Source: Callorhinchus milii
Lineage: Eukaryota
NCBI RefSeq assembly: GCF_018977255.1
Contig: NW_024705394.1
Coordinates: 1-48,542 of the forward strand
Direction: 5' to 3'
Length of the DNA: 48,542 bases
Position 1 is the first letter of the stretch. Each line of letters begins with the position of its first letter. The notes under the pieces are model-generated. The model worked only from the letters and a program-made list of their open reading frames with translations. It was not told the origin of the DNA and did not search any database. This document shows, one piece after another, positions 24,006 through 36,329 of the stretch. Position numbers and translations under genes: made by a program.

Positions 24006-24741
24006 GGAATCAAACCCCGTGTGTGACCTCTGCTCCACGCGCCTGCATGGACAACGGAGGTGCAGGGACAGACGCTCGACCGTGAAATCGATCCGCAATC
24101 TTGTCGCACGGCCAGCAGCTCCGTGTCGCCTTTTCTCGATCCCGCGATCCCAAGCAGGTGACAGTCCGCGGCGAAATGACGAGAGGAATTCACACGGAAT
24201 GTCCTTTTCAACGAAGTCTTCCAGATGTAAAACGATGTAAGCTTTTAATTAAGAAATACAATTCAAAACACAACACAATTCGAAGACGTTTCATTTTAAA
24301 ACTTCAAAACGGAGCGTCGGGTGCTTGCGTGAATGCAAAATTATAATTCGTGTTGTCGAGAATGTATCTCCTCTACGTGTAACTTTTAAGTGGTATGCCT
24401 TGTAACTGATGAATGATCTCGCCTGAGTGATCTGTACAGGTTACTTCTAAACACACACACTTTGTCCTAACATCACTTAATCACTCTAGATTTGAACACT
24501 TCATATTTGACCCTCATTGACAAAATGTTACATGTACACGCACAATCAGACAAGTATTCATTCTAAATTATTGACAGGCATATTAACAAAATTGAATTAC
24601 TGCAGCGAAACATACTGCATCAGGTAACATCGTATTAACAAGAAGCTATTTTAACACATACTATTGTCATTCAAAACGAGTAGTCCATTGCATGCTGGTG
24701 TCTGGGTCAAAACGTAGCAAATTGTAAACATTACCTACAAA

Positions 24742-25147
24742 TAATAGATCACGATGTTTCAATCGCAACGCAAGCAATCGCCATCAGGTGGGACCACGTC
24801 AATAACTGCTAAAGTTGGCGTCTACCTCAGTTGGTGATGATGGTGGTGGTGATGATGGTGGTGGTGATGATGGTGATTGTGGTGATGGTGGTGATGATGG
24901 TGGTGATGGTGGTGGTGATGATGGTGGTGGTGATGGTGAAAGTGGTGATGGTGGTGGTGGTGATGGTGAAAGTGATGGTGGTGGTGATGGTGAAAGTGGT
25001 GATGGTGATGATGGTGGTTGTCACACCTGATGACGATCGCTTGCGTTGCCATCGAAACGCCGTGATCTATCATTTTTCGACCCACGTGACGTCACCGAAA
25101 GAACTAAAGAGTGTGGATTCCTGCAGTCACGAAAGCTTCTAATAAAG
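24742..25147. mobile_element. Inverted Penelope insertion (third subfamily, CTGATGA-type core) enclosing a (GGT/GAT)n microsatellite
   Basis: Degenerate hammerheads at 24750-24790 (-) and 25024-25064 (+). TSD ATTACCTACAAA at 24730 and 25148. Confidence 0.75.
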
Positions 25148-25469
25148 ATTACCTACAAACGACACAGCTGAGATTACACATCATCGCCCCCTACTGACAG
25201 GCTCTTGTCCACACGCAGGCCGGTGCAGGGCCACCACCTTCTGCCACACAGGGGCAGCTGCTACTTGGAGCTGCTCTTAGAGTGTTTGAGACAAGCACCA
25301 TGTAACAGCAATTATGATGAGAACATCGTGAATGCTTGGGGCTCTCGCTCCTGGTGAGAGATTGACCCAACCCACAGGTCCACAAAGACTGGCCACTCAT
25401 CTTCTTGGTTCTTTCGGTAAAGTCACGTAGAAGGGAAGTAATAAAAATTAAACATAATAAAACAATTCT

Positions 25470-25510
25470 CACGACGTTTCGGCCACAACGCAAGCAGCTG
25501 TCCTCAGGTG
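25470..25510 (-). ncRNA. Hammerhead motif in Penelope remnant downstream of the ZNF stop
   Basis: Reverse complement reads CACCTGAGGACAGCTGC...GTGGCCGAAACGTCGTG, with an A-C mismatch at the base of helix II. Confidence 0.65.
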
Positions 25511-25894
25511 AAAAACCAGGTCTGTCGAGGCGACAGCGTCTGAATGAAACAGCACACGTGCTTGGAGCATATATATAAGCTGGGTTGGAAGGGGGGGGGA
25601 AAGGGCGCCTTGACAAAAGAATTTGCATATCAAGAGGCATTTAGCATATTTATGGGAAATGCAGGTGATTAGTACTACTCATGCCCGTGCATTATGCAAG
25701 ATTAGCAGCATCAAAGGGAGGGGATAGGGGTAGCATTAATAAAGGGAAGGAGTGTTAATAGTATGTAGCTGCAGTAACTGGCCACTCCCTCTTACCCTGC
25801 AGGTTGAACCTAGGAACTGAGTGTTCAACTTCACATTATTGTCATTAAAGGCCAGTGACAAAGGTGCATCTATTGGAGCGACATCGTCTCTGGC

Positions 25895-27217
25895 TTACAC
25901 ATCTACCGGGTCTCCATTTGACTTTGTCTTGTCTCGGAGGAAGTCCACCCACACCTCCACTTCCACAAACTGTTGGGAGTTGCCTCGCTCTGCCTCACAG
26001 TCAGAATTCTCCTCCTGCTTCACGTTGCCACCATCGATGTGAAGGTCACATTTTGGACTTGAATCTTTATCTTCACATTTTACCTTCACTTCTTCACTCT
26101 TCACCATCACTTCTTCACATTCCACCTTCATCTCTTCATATTTCACCTCGATACCTTTCAAAGTGTCCAAGCTGGGATTTTCTTCCGGTTCTTGTTTGAT
26201 GAGGGATGGGCTCATTGCAGCACTTTGACTTTCACAAGCTGATTTCAGACTCCAGTCCTTGTGGATCTTCTGATGCTTGTGTGTTCTCTGGTGTTTTTTA
26301 AGATTTGCTGACTGTGCAAACACCTTCCCGCACGGAGTGCACCTGAAGGGGTTCTCTTCCGTGTGTGTTCTCTGGTGTGTTACAAGAGTAGATGAATGTG
26401 AAAATGCATTCCCACACACACTGCACTTGAAGGGTTTCTCTCCCGTGTGTGTTCTCTGGTGTGTTACAAGATCAGATGACTGTGAAAATGCATTCCCACA
26501 CACACTGCACTTGAAGGGTTTCTCTCCCGTGTGTGTTCTCTGGTGTGTTACAAGATCAGATGACTGTGAAAACGCCTTCCCACACTTGAAGGGGTTCTCT
26601 CCCGTGTGTGTTCTCTTGTGTTTTACAAGAGTAGATGAAAGTGCAAACGCCTTCCCACACACACTGCATTTAAAGGGTTTCTCTCCCGTGTGTGTTCTCT
26701 GGTGTGTTATAAGAGTAGATGACTTTGCAAACGTCTTCCCACACACACTGCACTTGAAGGGTTTATCTCCCGTGTGTGTTCTCTGGTGTGTTATAAGAGT
26801 AGATGACTGTGCAAACGCCTTCCCACACACACTGCATTTAAAGGGTTTCTCTCCCGTGTGTGTTCTCTGGTGTGTTATAAGAGTAGATGACTGTGCAAAC
26901 GCCTTCCCACACACACTGCACTTGAAGGGTTTCTCTCCCGTGTGTGTTCTCTGGTGTATTACGAGATGACACAAAACAGAAAACGCCTTCCCACACAGAG
27001 TACACTTGAAGGGTTTCTCTCCCGTGTGTGTTCTCTGGTGTATTTTAAGATCAAATTGCCGTGCAAATGCCTTCCCACACACACTGCACTTGAAGGGTTT
27101 CTCTCCCGTGTGTGTTCTCTGGTGCTGTGTCAAGTTTCCAGTCGGATCCGTGCTGTATCCACGCTGGTCGCATTGTTGACTTGTCGTATCGACCTGCGCT
27201 GAACGTCTTTGCTCCAT
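25895..27217 (-). CDS. C2H2 zinc-finger protein, 440 aa, no KRAB domain seen
   Basis: Nine intact CxxC...HxxxH fingers with TGEKPF linkers, one finger with a 9-nt deletion (FKCGKAF), one degenerate N-terminal finger, and an acidic xKxE-rich tail. Acceptor ttttttctgtctgcag lies just upstream, with the exon starting at 27232. Confidence 0.93.
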   Translation of the reverse strand: MEQRRSAQVDTTSQQCDQRGYSTDPTGNLTQHQRTHTGEKPFKCSVCGKAFARQFDLKIHQRTHTGEKPFKCTLCGKAFSVLCHLVIHQRTHTGEKPFKCSVCGKAFAQSSTLITHQRTHTGEKPFKCSVCGKAFAQSSTLITHQRTHTGDKPFKCSVCGKTFAKSSTLITHQRTHTGEKPFKCSVCGKAFALSSTLVKHKRTHTGENPFKCGKAFSQSSDLVTHQRTHTGEKPFKCSVCGNAFSQSSDLVTHQRTHTGEKPFKCSVCGNAFSHSSTLVTHQRTHTEENPFRCTPCGKVFAQSANLKKHQRTHKHQKIHKDWSLKSACESQSAAMSPSLIKQEPEENPSLDTLKGIEVKYEEMKVECEEVMVKSEEVKVKCEDKDSSPKCDLHIDGGNVKQEENSDCEAERGNSQQFVEVEVWVDFLRDKTKSNGDPVDV

Positions 27218-28680
27218 CAGACCAAGCGACAGCTGCAGACAGAAAAAATTATATCCACAACATCTACACGTCAGACACAGAGGAATGCAAAAACACAGTC
27301 ACACGTGACTTACACGTATATACTTATTCATATATTCATGATGTAGTGAAACAGTTTCCCAAATTCATCACACGGGCTGTTATGGCACACAATGAGAGGG
27401 TGAATGGTCACAAACATGCCTAGAAGCCCTCGTATCTTCAAAATGAATGTGAACCCAAAATTCCGAGCACACAATTTTGGCTGTCTGGCTACAAAATAAA
27501 TATTTATAAGAGCTAAATTCGGCTGACATAGCAAAGGGTGTTAAAAACAATCCTATTTGTGTTATGCAGAAATGCGTAAATACTGGTAGAAACCTCCTGG
27601 TTACACCAGCCCACAGGGGATTATTGTGTCCGTCGTGAAGGGAGGGGCTGGGTGGAGAGGGTGGAGAGGGGCTGGGAGGGGCTGGGTGGGGAGGGGCTGG
27701 GTGGCACACAGCACACACGTGCAGCATCTGACGTCAGATCTGTTCATCCCATCATTCAAGGACATCTGAGCCTGGCTTCACACCGCTAAGTTGCGATTGA
27801 ACAACATTCCTGCTGCTGCGGAGGGAGCTGCTAGGAACGTTGGGTTGCTCGCTCAATGGCCTGCAGGGTCAACGGCGGCGTGGTGTATTCCGCAAATATG
27901 CCCGACTGTGAGGGCGGGCACAAGCCGGCGTGAGTAGGTGAAACGTTGAGTTTTATAAGGGCACCACGGGGTGACCAGCCCCCCCACCCTCCCTCCCACC
28001 CAGCCCCACCCCTCCCATTTCTGGATGCACGACGGACGGACACAATAATCCCCTGTGGGCTGGTGGAACCAGGAGGTTTCTAGCGGTGACATTAATGCTG
28101 CGTCACTCCACCGAGTAACGAATGGAGGATCAACCGACACAGCCGAGGCGCTCCCCGTGTCTCTCCCTCTCCCCGTGGCGGCGGCGTGGATTTACCTCCT
28201 GCCCCCCCCCCCCGCGGTGCCCCCCTCCACTCGTTCAGAGTGAACAGCGGCACGCGGCGCTGAGCGCCTGTGACCCACAGACACCGACTCGCGGTGCCGC
28301 GTCCAGAGTGAACAGCGCCACGTGTTGACAAGCCTCACCTTGTTGTTGTTGGCAGGTCGCTTCTGAAAACGAGAGCGGTATAGCAGCTCAAGCGGGCTTG
28401 GGCTGATAAAAACACGAAAAAAAACTGCGTTAATATCTACAATAAACCAAAGTTACAGAGTAGCGAGCCGCGTGAAGACAAATTTATCTTGAGCGAGAGA
28501 ATTAAACTTGAACGCCATCAGGCGAGGGCAGGAGGCAAGGCCCCGCGGGGCAAAGTTCCAATCTGGACATCGATTCCAACACTCGCTGCTACTCAGTTGA
28601 CATCCCTGAGAGAGAGAAACAGCGAGGCTCTACCTTGGTACACAACAACCACAACCACAACAACCACAACGATGAGAAAT

Positions 28681-28800
28681 TCTCACCTCGGAGTTCAGTA
28701 AGCACGCAGCTGCAGCGGCAGCTTCCTGTTACCTCGTGACGTCACGCGGCAGCAGCAAGTGACATGACGTCACTTTCGGGTTACAAGCCACGCTCCGCCC
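28681..28800 (-). promoter_or_regulatory. Candidate first exon/promoter of the ZNF gene
   Basis: Minus-strand donor GAG|GTGAGA at about 28686. TGACGTCA at about 28737 and 28765, and a GC box CCGCCC at about 28795. Confidence 0.45.
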
Positions 28801-29941
28801 ACAACGAGCGACCCCGTAACTGAATAAATTAGAGCGTGAATACATTAAATGACGTCACGCACCTGGGGGGGGGGGGTCAGATATTTGTGACGATGTGTGA
28901 CGAGGGGGGGGGGGGTTTGAGAAATGTGACGTCACATCAAAATGCGCAACTTTTTAAATAAACATAGACGACACGTTCTACTTAATTAAATAGACTTTGT
29001 AATAAATGTTTTCTCCTACAACATCAGAGTGCAGCGCCACATTAAACACGCACTACACAATGACAATAGTTTAAAGCGATTTGAAGCATGTTTTTGGGGG
29101 GGGGGGCAGAGCTTTGTGACGTCATATATGAGGGGGGGGTCTCACTTTTTATGACGCCGTGTGACGAAGGGGGGGGGGGTCAAAAATCGTCCAAAATCTC
29201 GTGATATTGCAGATTCCACCCGCGTGCAAGATGTGTCTTCGCTATCTAACCCTACGGCGAAGTTGTCGGCACTGCTACGCAACGTGTCTTCTCCCCCCGC
29301 CGCCTTCAGCGCGCTCAAGTGCGGTGACACGACCCCCGCGACCTGCACGCCACAGGGAGGTCCTCATCCAAGCGACGCTTGACCACAGGTCTGCCCTTGT
29401 CACTGCCTGTGGCGTCACACTCAGCATGCCACGTGCCAATGGTGGCACGTCACGTCACCGTGTGACCAACACGAGCCCACTGTTGCACGTCTACAGGGTC
29501 GTTGTGTTGTGTTGCTCTAGTCGTGACTGATTGGGGTGTATTGGCTTGTACTGATTGAGTGATGGCTCAGTGTGGTTCACGGTTTTGTTTTTCTTGTTGT
29601 AAGTGACACATTGCGCAATGCATTCAGCCGCAGTGAAGAAGCTATTTTCAGAACGGGATGAAATGCCGCTCGCTAGAACGCTCAGTCTGAACGTTGCTTT
29701 TGAAAGATGCCCATCCGGTGGCGCTTAAATGTCCCCGGCATCTCACGGCGCCGCACATCTCACCTCGATCGCTCTCGCGGACAGATGTAGTTCTCATTGA
29801 AGCCGAGGGGACGCGCGGTCGATCGCTGTCCCTTGGTGCTACAAGGCAGCGCAGCATCGGCCTGCCAGCGGGCAAGAGTCTTCCAGTAGGGGGCGATGTT
29901 GCCCTTGGCTATTCCAATTAAGTGCACCGTTGCTTTAACTG

Positions 29942-30232
29942 GGCGCCACGGTGGCGAGATGTTAACTTCCTTGCTTGGTGTGCAGGAGATCGTGGGTTCG
30001 ATCCCAACCCTGGTGCCTGCATATTTGAGCTTGCATATCTTTATTTCCGTGGTCGCGTGGATTTTTTCTCCGGTTTGTCACTCCACATTTACAAACGTGC
30101 GTCTAGAGTGTTTGGCTGATATAAATGTCCACACGACAAGCCACTTCGTGCAGCTGTCACTAGTGATGGGCAGGTCGCTCGGGAAAGAGTGCTACATAGT
30201 TCAGTGGGCCTCATCTAGTAGTCAAATAAAAC
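29942..30232 (+). mobile_element. tRNA-derived SINE
   Basis: A box GGTGGCGAGATG, B box GGGTTCGATCCC (29994), AATAAAA tail. Related - strand fragments lie at about 1545-1745, 2245-2345 and 47580-47832 (duplicated head). Confidence 0.75.
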
Positions 30233-31162
30233 AATTGTTCACAGTTTTTCAAAATATATAAGAGCTAAGTAATTTACGAGCTCATTTTTGCAATGTTTGA
30301 TCATTTTGGACCTTGACGTCGGCACAAATGGCCAACTGCATTTTTCCAAAAACGTCACGGAATCTTTAACGTCCGCTGTGAAACAGAGGGCGCGTGTTGC
30401 TTGCGGTTCGTACACCCGGCACGATTTACCAGGGCGACCGGCGTCATGAACCGCAAACCGTTCCAACAAGCTTGGGACAGCGCGCAACCAGCCTGAAAAA
30501 AAAATGTATTCCTCGTGAACTTCAGTTTACGGACAGCAGAGGGCAGACGCGTTGCACGCCCCAAAGCGAATTCCGCAGTGTAATCGACGGCATGACACCC
30601 GTGGAAGTCATTCGTATGGCTACCGATGTTAGATGCTGAGAAAAGGAAGAGAAACCACGCACACGCGTGGATTCCGTGACGCTTCCCCGCGTGCGTCTGT
30701 CCTCTTTAGAGTGTTGGATCGGCAGCGCGGACGTCGACGGAGAGAAGCTGCCGAGGGCGAAAGCGTTCGCGAGCTCGGGGCCGGCGCTTGCGGCGGGGAG
30801 CGGTGGTTTGCGCCGCCACATTTTGCGCGACCGTTTCGTCGACGCACGTGTTCGGTTTTCTATTGGGGGTTTTTATGGTCTGCTAATGTGAATTATTTTG
30901 TAGTGCTGCCCTTTCGAGAGGGAAGGGAATGCGTCTTTTGTCACCAGGGGTGGCTGGGTGGGGGGCGGGGGGCTGTACGGTTCGTGGAAATTGTTGCATT
31001 GGCTGAGAAACTCCTCCCTACACTGACAACATCCGCCATATGGGGAATCAGATGTCCAAATGGTTCAAGACAACTCGTTTCCAGACGTGGGTGAACAGTT
31101 AGCGAATTATTTAAATTTATTTTTTAATTGCCCCTTGGTTGTGTCCACGCATTTAATACAAT

Positions 31163-31558
31163 TGTAGTGACATAATACGTCACTACTGTGTCGGCCCGTA
31201 CGAAGGCTGGGGCCCCAAGGGGGTGCCTGGGGGGTCACGTGGTGGAGGGACCCAGACCTCCCGTGAGGTGGGGGAAGGGAGGCGTGGCCTGTGAAGGGGA
31301 TATAAGCGTAGTGTGAACACAGAGCGGGGGGCTGTTGTACTCCGAAGTGAAGACGACATCATCGCTCCTCAAGTCCCGGGTCGTCGTCCTGGACCAGGCA
31401 GCCCGTCGCCTGCCTGGTCCAGTCTGTGTCGTGTCCCAGAGTGTTAGTGAGTTGAGGAAGGTGGTCACCACCTCATGTACGGTGTTATATCACTCACCGT
31501 TAATACATAGTGTTGCCTCCAAGCTGCGTGTGTGTGCACCTAATTCGAATCCACTACA
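31163..31558 (+). mobile_element. Solo LTR
   Basis: Terminal inverted repeat TGTAGTG...CACTACA and a TATA-like GATATAA at about 31300. Confidence 0.55.
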
Positions 31559-31688
31559 CTACTAATAACAACGTGTCACTGCAATTCCTCCCTGGGGCTA
31601 CGCATCCCCCCCACCTCCCCACAGGGATCTCCGATTAGCACGGTTGGCTACGTACGGTGCGAAAGAAGTTCAACGTGCACGCGTACAT

Positions 31689-33250
31689 ACTGCCCATAGA
31701 CTAACACCGCCCATAGACTAACACCGCCCATAGACTAACACTGCCCATGGACTAACACCGCCCATAGACTAACACTGCCCATAGACTAACACTGCCCATA
31801 GACTAACACTGCCCATGGACTAACACTGCCCATAGACTAACACTGCCCATGGACTTACACTGCCCATAGACTAACACTGCCATGGACTAACACTGCCCAT
31901 AGACTAACACTGCCCATAGACTAACACTGCCCATAGACTAACACTGCCCATAGACTAACACCGCCCATGGACTAACACCGCCCATAGACTAACACTACCC
32001 ATAGACTAACACTACCCATAGACTAACACTGCCCATAGACTAACACTGCCCATAGACTAACACTGCTCATAGACTAACACTGCCCATAGACTAACACTGC
32101 CCATAGACTAACACCGCCCATGGACTAACACCGCCCATAGACTAACACTACCCATAGACTAACACTACCCATAGACTAACACTGCTCATAGACTAACACT
32201 GCCCATAGACTAACACTGCCCATAGACTAACACTACCCATAGACTAACACTACCCATAGACTAACACTACCCATAGACTAACACTACCCATAGACTAACA
32301 CTGCCCATAGACTAACACTACCCATAGACTAACACTGCCCATAGACTAACACTGCCCATAGACTAACACTGCCCATGGACTAACACTGCCCATAGACTAA
32401 CACTACCCATAGACTAACACTGCTCATAGACTAACACTGCCCATAGACTAACACTGCCCATAGACTAACACTACCCATAGACTAACACTACCCATAGACT
32501 AACACTACCCATAGACTAACACTACCCATAGACTAACACTGCCCATAGACTAACACTGCCCATAGACTAACACTACCCATAGACTAACACTGCTCATAGA
32601 CTAACACTGCCCATAGACTAACACTGCTCATAGACTAACACCGCCCATAGACTAACACTGTCCATAGACTAACACTGCCCACAGACTAACACTGCCCATA
32701 GACTAACACTGCCCATAGACTAACACTGCCTATAGACTAACACTGCCCATAGACTAACACTGCCCATAGACTAACACTGCCCATAGACTAACACTGCCCA
32801 TAGACTAACACTGCCCATAGACTAACACTACCCATAGACTAACACTACCCATAGACTCAACACTGCTCATAGACTAACACTGCCCATAGACTAACACTGC
32901 TCATAGACTAACACCGCCCATAGACTAACACTGTCCATAGACTAACACTGCCCACAGACTAACACTGCCCATAGACTCAACACTGCCCATAGACTAACAC
33001 TGCCCATAGACTAACACTGCCCATAGACTCAACACTGCCCATAGACTAACACCGCCCATAGACTAACACTGTCCATAGACTAACACTGCCCACAGACTCA
33101 ACACTGCCCATAGACTCAACACTGCCCATAGACTCAACACTGCCCATAGACTCAACACTGCACCATAGACTCAACACTGCACCATAGACTAACACTGCCC
33201 ATAGACTCAACACTACCCATAGACTAACACTGCCCATGGACCCAACACTG
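31689..33250. repeat. 17-bp minisatellite (ACTGCCCATAGACTAAC)n
   Basis: Read directly from the sequence; about 1.55 kb. Confidence 0.97.
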
Positions 33251-34087
33251 CACGTCTGATTAGCACGGTTGGCTACGTACGGTGCGAAAGAAGTTGAACG
33301 TGCACGCGTACCTTGGAAGAGTGTCGTTGCAAATGACGCGCGTGAGCAGCTCCACAGGCCGGGCATTGGCACACAAAACGTGGATGGCGTAGCAGCCATC
33401 GGCTCTCCCTTGTGCCCCCAGTGATGATGATTCGTGCTCCACATCCAGGTGTCCACGTGTGGCTGAGTCTGGCCCCAGGGACACCCCAGAGCCGGTGTAT
33501 GGATCTCGCTCGCGGCCGATTTGTTCGCCGCGAGCAGCGACCGCAATGAAGGTTTTCGTTTTTAAGCGCAGCTCGCTAACCGCTGCGCCACCACTCCGCC
33601 CGCATACAAACGTGACCACGAACCCGCACAGCAAACACAGAGACAAAGATTCCCCCGTATAGGCTCAGCAGATTGTTGGGGCGAGTGCTGTTAGCGAGCA
33701 CCTATGGAGGCCGGCACAGCACGCGAGGGGGGAGGTGGGGGTCAACGCTATGCCCGGCCGCCTTTGTCTCCCCAGTGACGATGATGTTGACACACAGCAC
33801 CAGCTACTCTATTGAGGCCGAGTCGACCTGTGGGGGGTGCGCGTGTGTTGTGTGCCGCGTGCGTGCTCACGATTGCACAGCGGCTCTCATCAAGCACACA
33901 TGGCAAAGACAAAGATCCCCCGTATAGCCTCGACAGACTGTTGGGGCAAGTGCTGTTAGCGAGCACCTATGAAGACCTGCACGGCACGCGAGGGGGTGAG
34001 GTAGCCAACACCGCGCCCGGCCGCCTTTGTCTTTCCAGTGGCGATGTTTACGCACCGCAACAGGCACTCACACACACACACGTGTCA

Positions 34088-34245
34088 TTGTTTGCCGGTG
34101 TTTGCCGTGTTTGCCACTGTTTTCTGGTGTTTGCCGGTGTTTGCCGGTGTTTGCCGGTGTTTGCCACTGTTTTGCCACTGTTTTCTGGTGTTTGCCGGTG
34201 TTTGCCGGTGTTTGCCACTGTTTTGCCGGTGTTTGCCGGTGTTTG
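34088..34245. repeat. 10-bp repeat (GTGTTTGCCG)n
   Basis: Read directly from the sequence. Confidence 0.9.
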
Positions 34246-34836
34246 TCACTGTGTAATGCGGGTGTAAACGGCCCTCCGGAGGTGACGTCAGGAGGGGAGG
34301 AGTTAGGTCACGTGGGGGGGTGAGGGGTTAAGCTATAGAAGGAGGGGAACCGGAAGAGGATGGGAGTGACGGGGAACCAGGAACAGAGAGAGGCCACGAA
34401 GGGCGAAGCGGAGAGTGGCGAGATCGCCACGAACACGGGGGAGCGAGGATCGGCACCGTTGGCCAGCGGTGACCGACCCGAAGCAGCGAGGAGGCTGCAG
34501 TCAGCAGCGGGGCTGCACAGAGAGTCAGCAGCGGGGCTGCATACAGAGTCAGCAGCGGGTCTGCATACAGTAGCAGCCAGAGGGTCTGCACATAGGGGTG
34601 GCAGCGAGAGTCTGCATAGGGTAGCAGCGAGTCTGCAGGGAGGAGGTTACGGTAGATGAAGCAGAGAGTCTGCGGGAAGAGAAAGGAAGCTATAATAGCA
34701 GTCAACAGCCGGGGGCTATAAATACAGAGTTATAACAGAGTGCCGTGTGGGAGAAGACAAGAACCCAATAAAGGACACGAAGACAGAAAGAAGTGTCTGA
34801 GTCCTTTTATTACACTGGAGTCAGAAGTGAAACGGC

Positions 34837-36090
34837 ATGGCGAAACAATTGAGGAAAAAGAATATTCCATCTCCGGCGTCGGCTTCATCTTCGGACGACG
34901 ACGATCTTCCTCCTGCGGTCGGCTTCACTTCGGCGGAGGGAGAGATCCGTGAGGGCCCGGGTGTCGAGGAGGTTGCCGCTTCGTCCGACCCATCTGCGTT
35001 GAAGGACGAGGATTTAAGATGGACTCGGATGGCGGAGCAACTGGCAACTCTCAAAAATGTCATCACTGAGTTGTGTGACCTTGTCACGCCAAGGGCGGCG
35101 TTGGATGGTGATGGTGGTGATCGGCAGGAGCCCGGATTGTCTTCGATGGCGCCGCCATCGGCCACGCGGCGTGAAGACGCCATCTTGGGCGTGGCGCACC
35201 ACGGAAGGCGGGAAGCCGCCATTTTGGGGCCGCCGCGAGGATCGTCCGCCATCTTGGCGACACCGCGTTGCGACGCCTTGCTGAACTTACCGCCGGAAGA
35301 GTCAGCGACGGACGGAAGCAAGCCAAGGAGTCGCAGTCGTCACCTTACAACCGTCAAAGAATTCTCCATCGGGGGCGATTGGAGTGCGTTCGCCTGTAGA
35401 TTTTTGGCGGCGGTACGTACGGCAAGGTGGACGGACGCTGAGGCACTGGAGGTGCTCCCGACTCTTCTTGATGATGAGTCTGTTCGTTTTTTTCGCTCTA
35501 TAAAAGCTGCGAAGAAGAAAACTCTGCGAGGGGTGTTCGATGAAATGGCGGACGCGTACGAGCCACCGGATGACGCCCATCGCCGATTCGTGCAGCGGCA
35601 ACGCGCACCTGAGGAGTCGCCTGTAGCGTACAGGGGCGCCGTGTTGGAACTCGCTATGGCCGCTTACCCGGAGACGGAGCCTGACCTGCTGGAACCTCTC
35701 ATCTTGGGGAAGATGTTGGAGTTGTCCCGAGATCTTGGCATTCCTATGCCGGCGTGCGGTCACGAAAAACTCACGTCCCGGGCCGCGGCCAAGTGTTTGG
35801 ACGCCCAGTTCAATCTCCGCCGCTGGAAACAGGTCACGGCGTGGACGGGCGGTCCTGTCGTCGATGGGGGGCCGTAGGGTGGGACCCTACAAAGGCCGTG
35901 TACGTGCCGGATGCGACCGGCCAGAAGGAGTTGTCGGCTGCCTCTACTCCGTGGCCGGCCCGGAGCGGGCCGGGGCCGCGGGCTCCGCCGCCGGTGCGGC
36001 CGCGTCGGGACGGGGTGCCCGCTGCGCGCCGCCCCGACGTCGACTGCTTCCGCTGCGGCCGTCGGGGCCACTATGCCAGGGACTGCTGGG
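34837..36090 (+). pseudogene. gag: gag with zinc knuckle (frameshift near 35870)
   Basis: ORF 34837..35877, with CFRCGRRGHYARDC in the next frame (ORF 35754..36863). Confidence 0.85.
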
Positions 36091-36329
36091 CCCGGGTTCC
36101 GGGGCCGCCCCAGCAGGAGGCCTCGACAGCGGACGCCCCAAAGAAAGACCCTCCGGCACAGGCAAGTCGGTGCGCACCAGACACCCGGCAAGGCCTGACA
36201 CCTCACTCATCGCCGTTGTTATGCGACGCGGATGTTGTTAAATGCGGGAGGCCAGTATCTGAGCCTTGTCGCTCGATAACGCAGTGGCGTAAGCTGGCTC
36301 GGCGGGTTGTCGCGGCCGCTACCGGTTCG

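Noticed and set aside
24815..25142. Poly-His, poly-Thr and Gly/Asp ORFs
   Set aside because: Microsatellite translations.
26277..26969. 230-aa + strand ORF
   Set aside because: Antisense shadow of the zinc-finger array.
31689..33250. Regular arrays as a possible CRISPR (also 45100-46907)
   Set aside because: Head-to-tail units without unique spacers, no cas genes, eukaryotic context.
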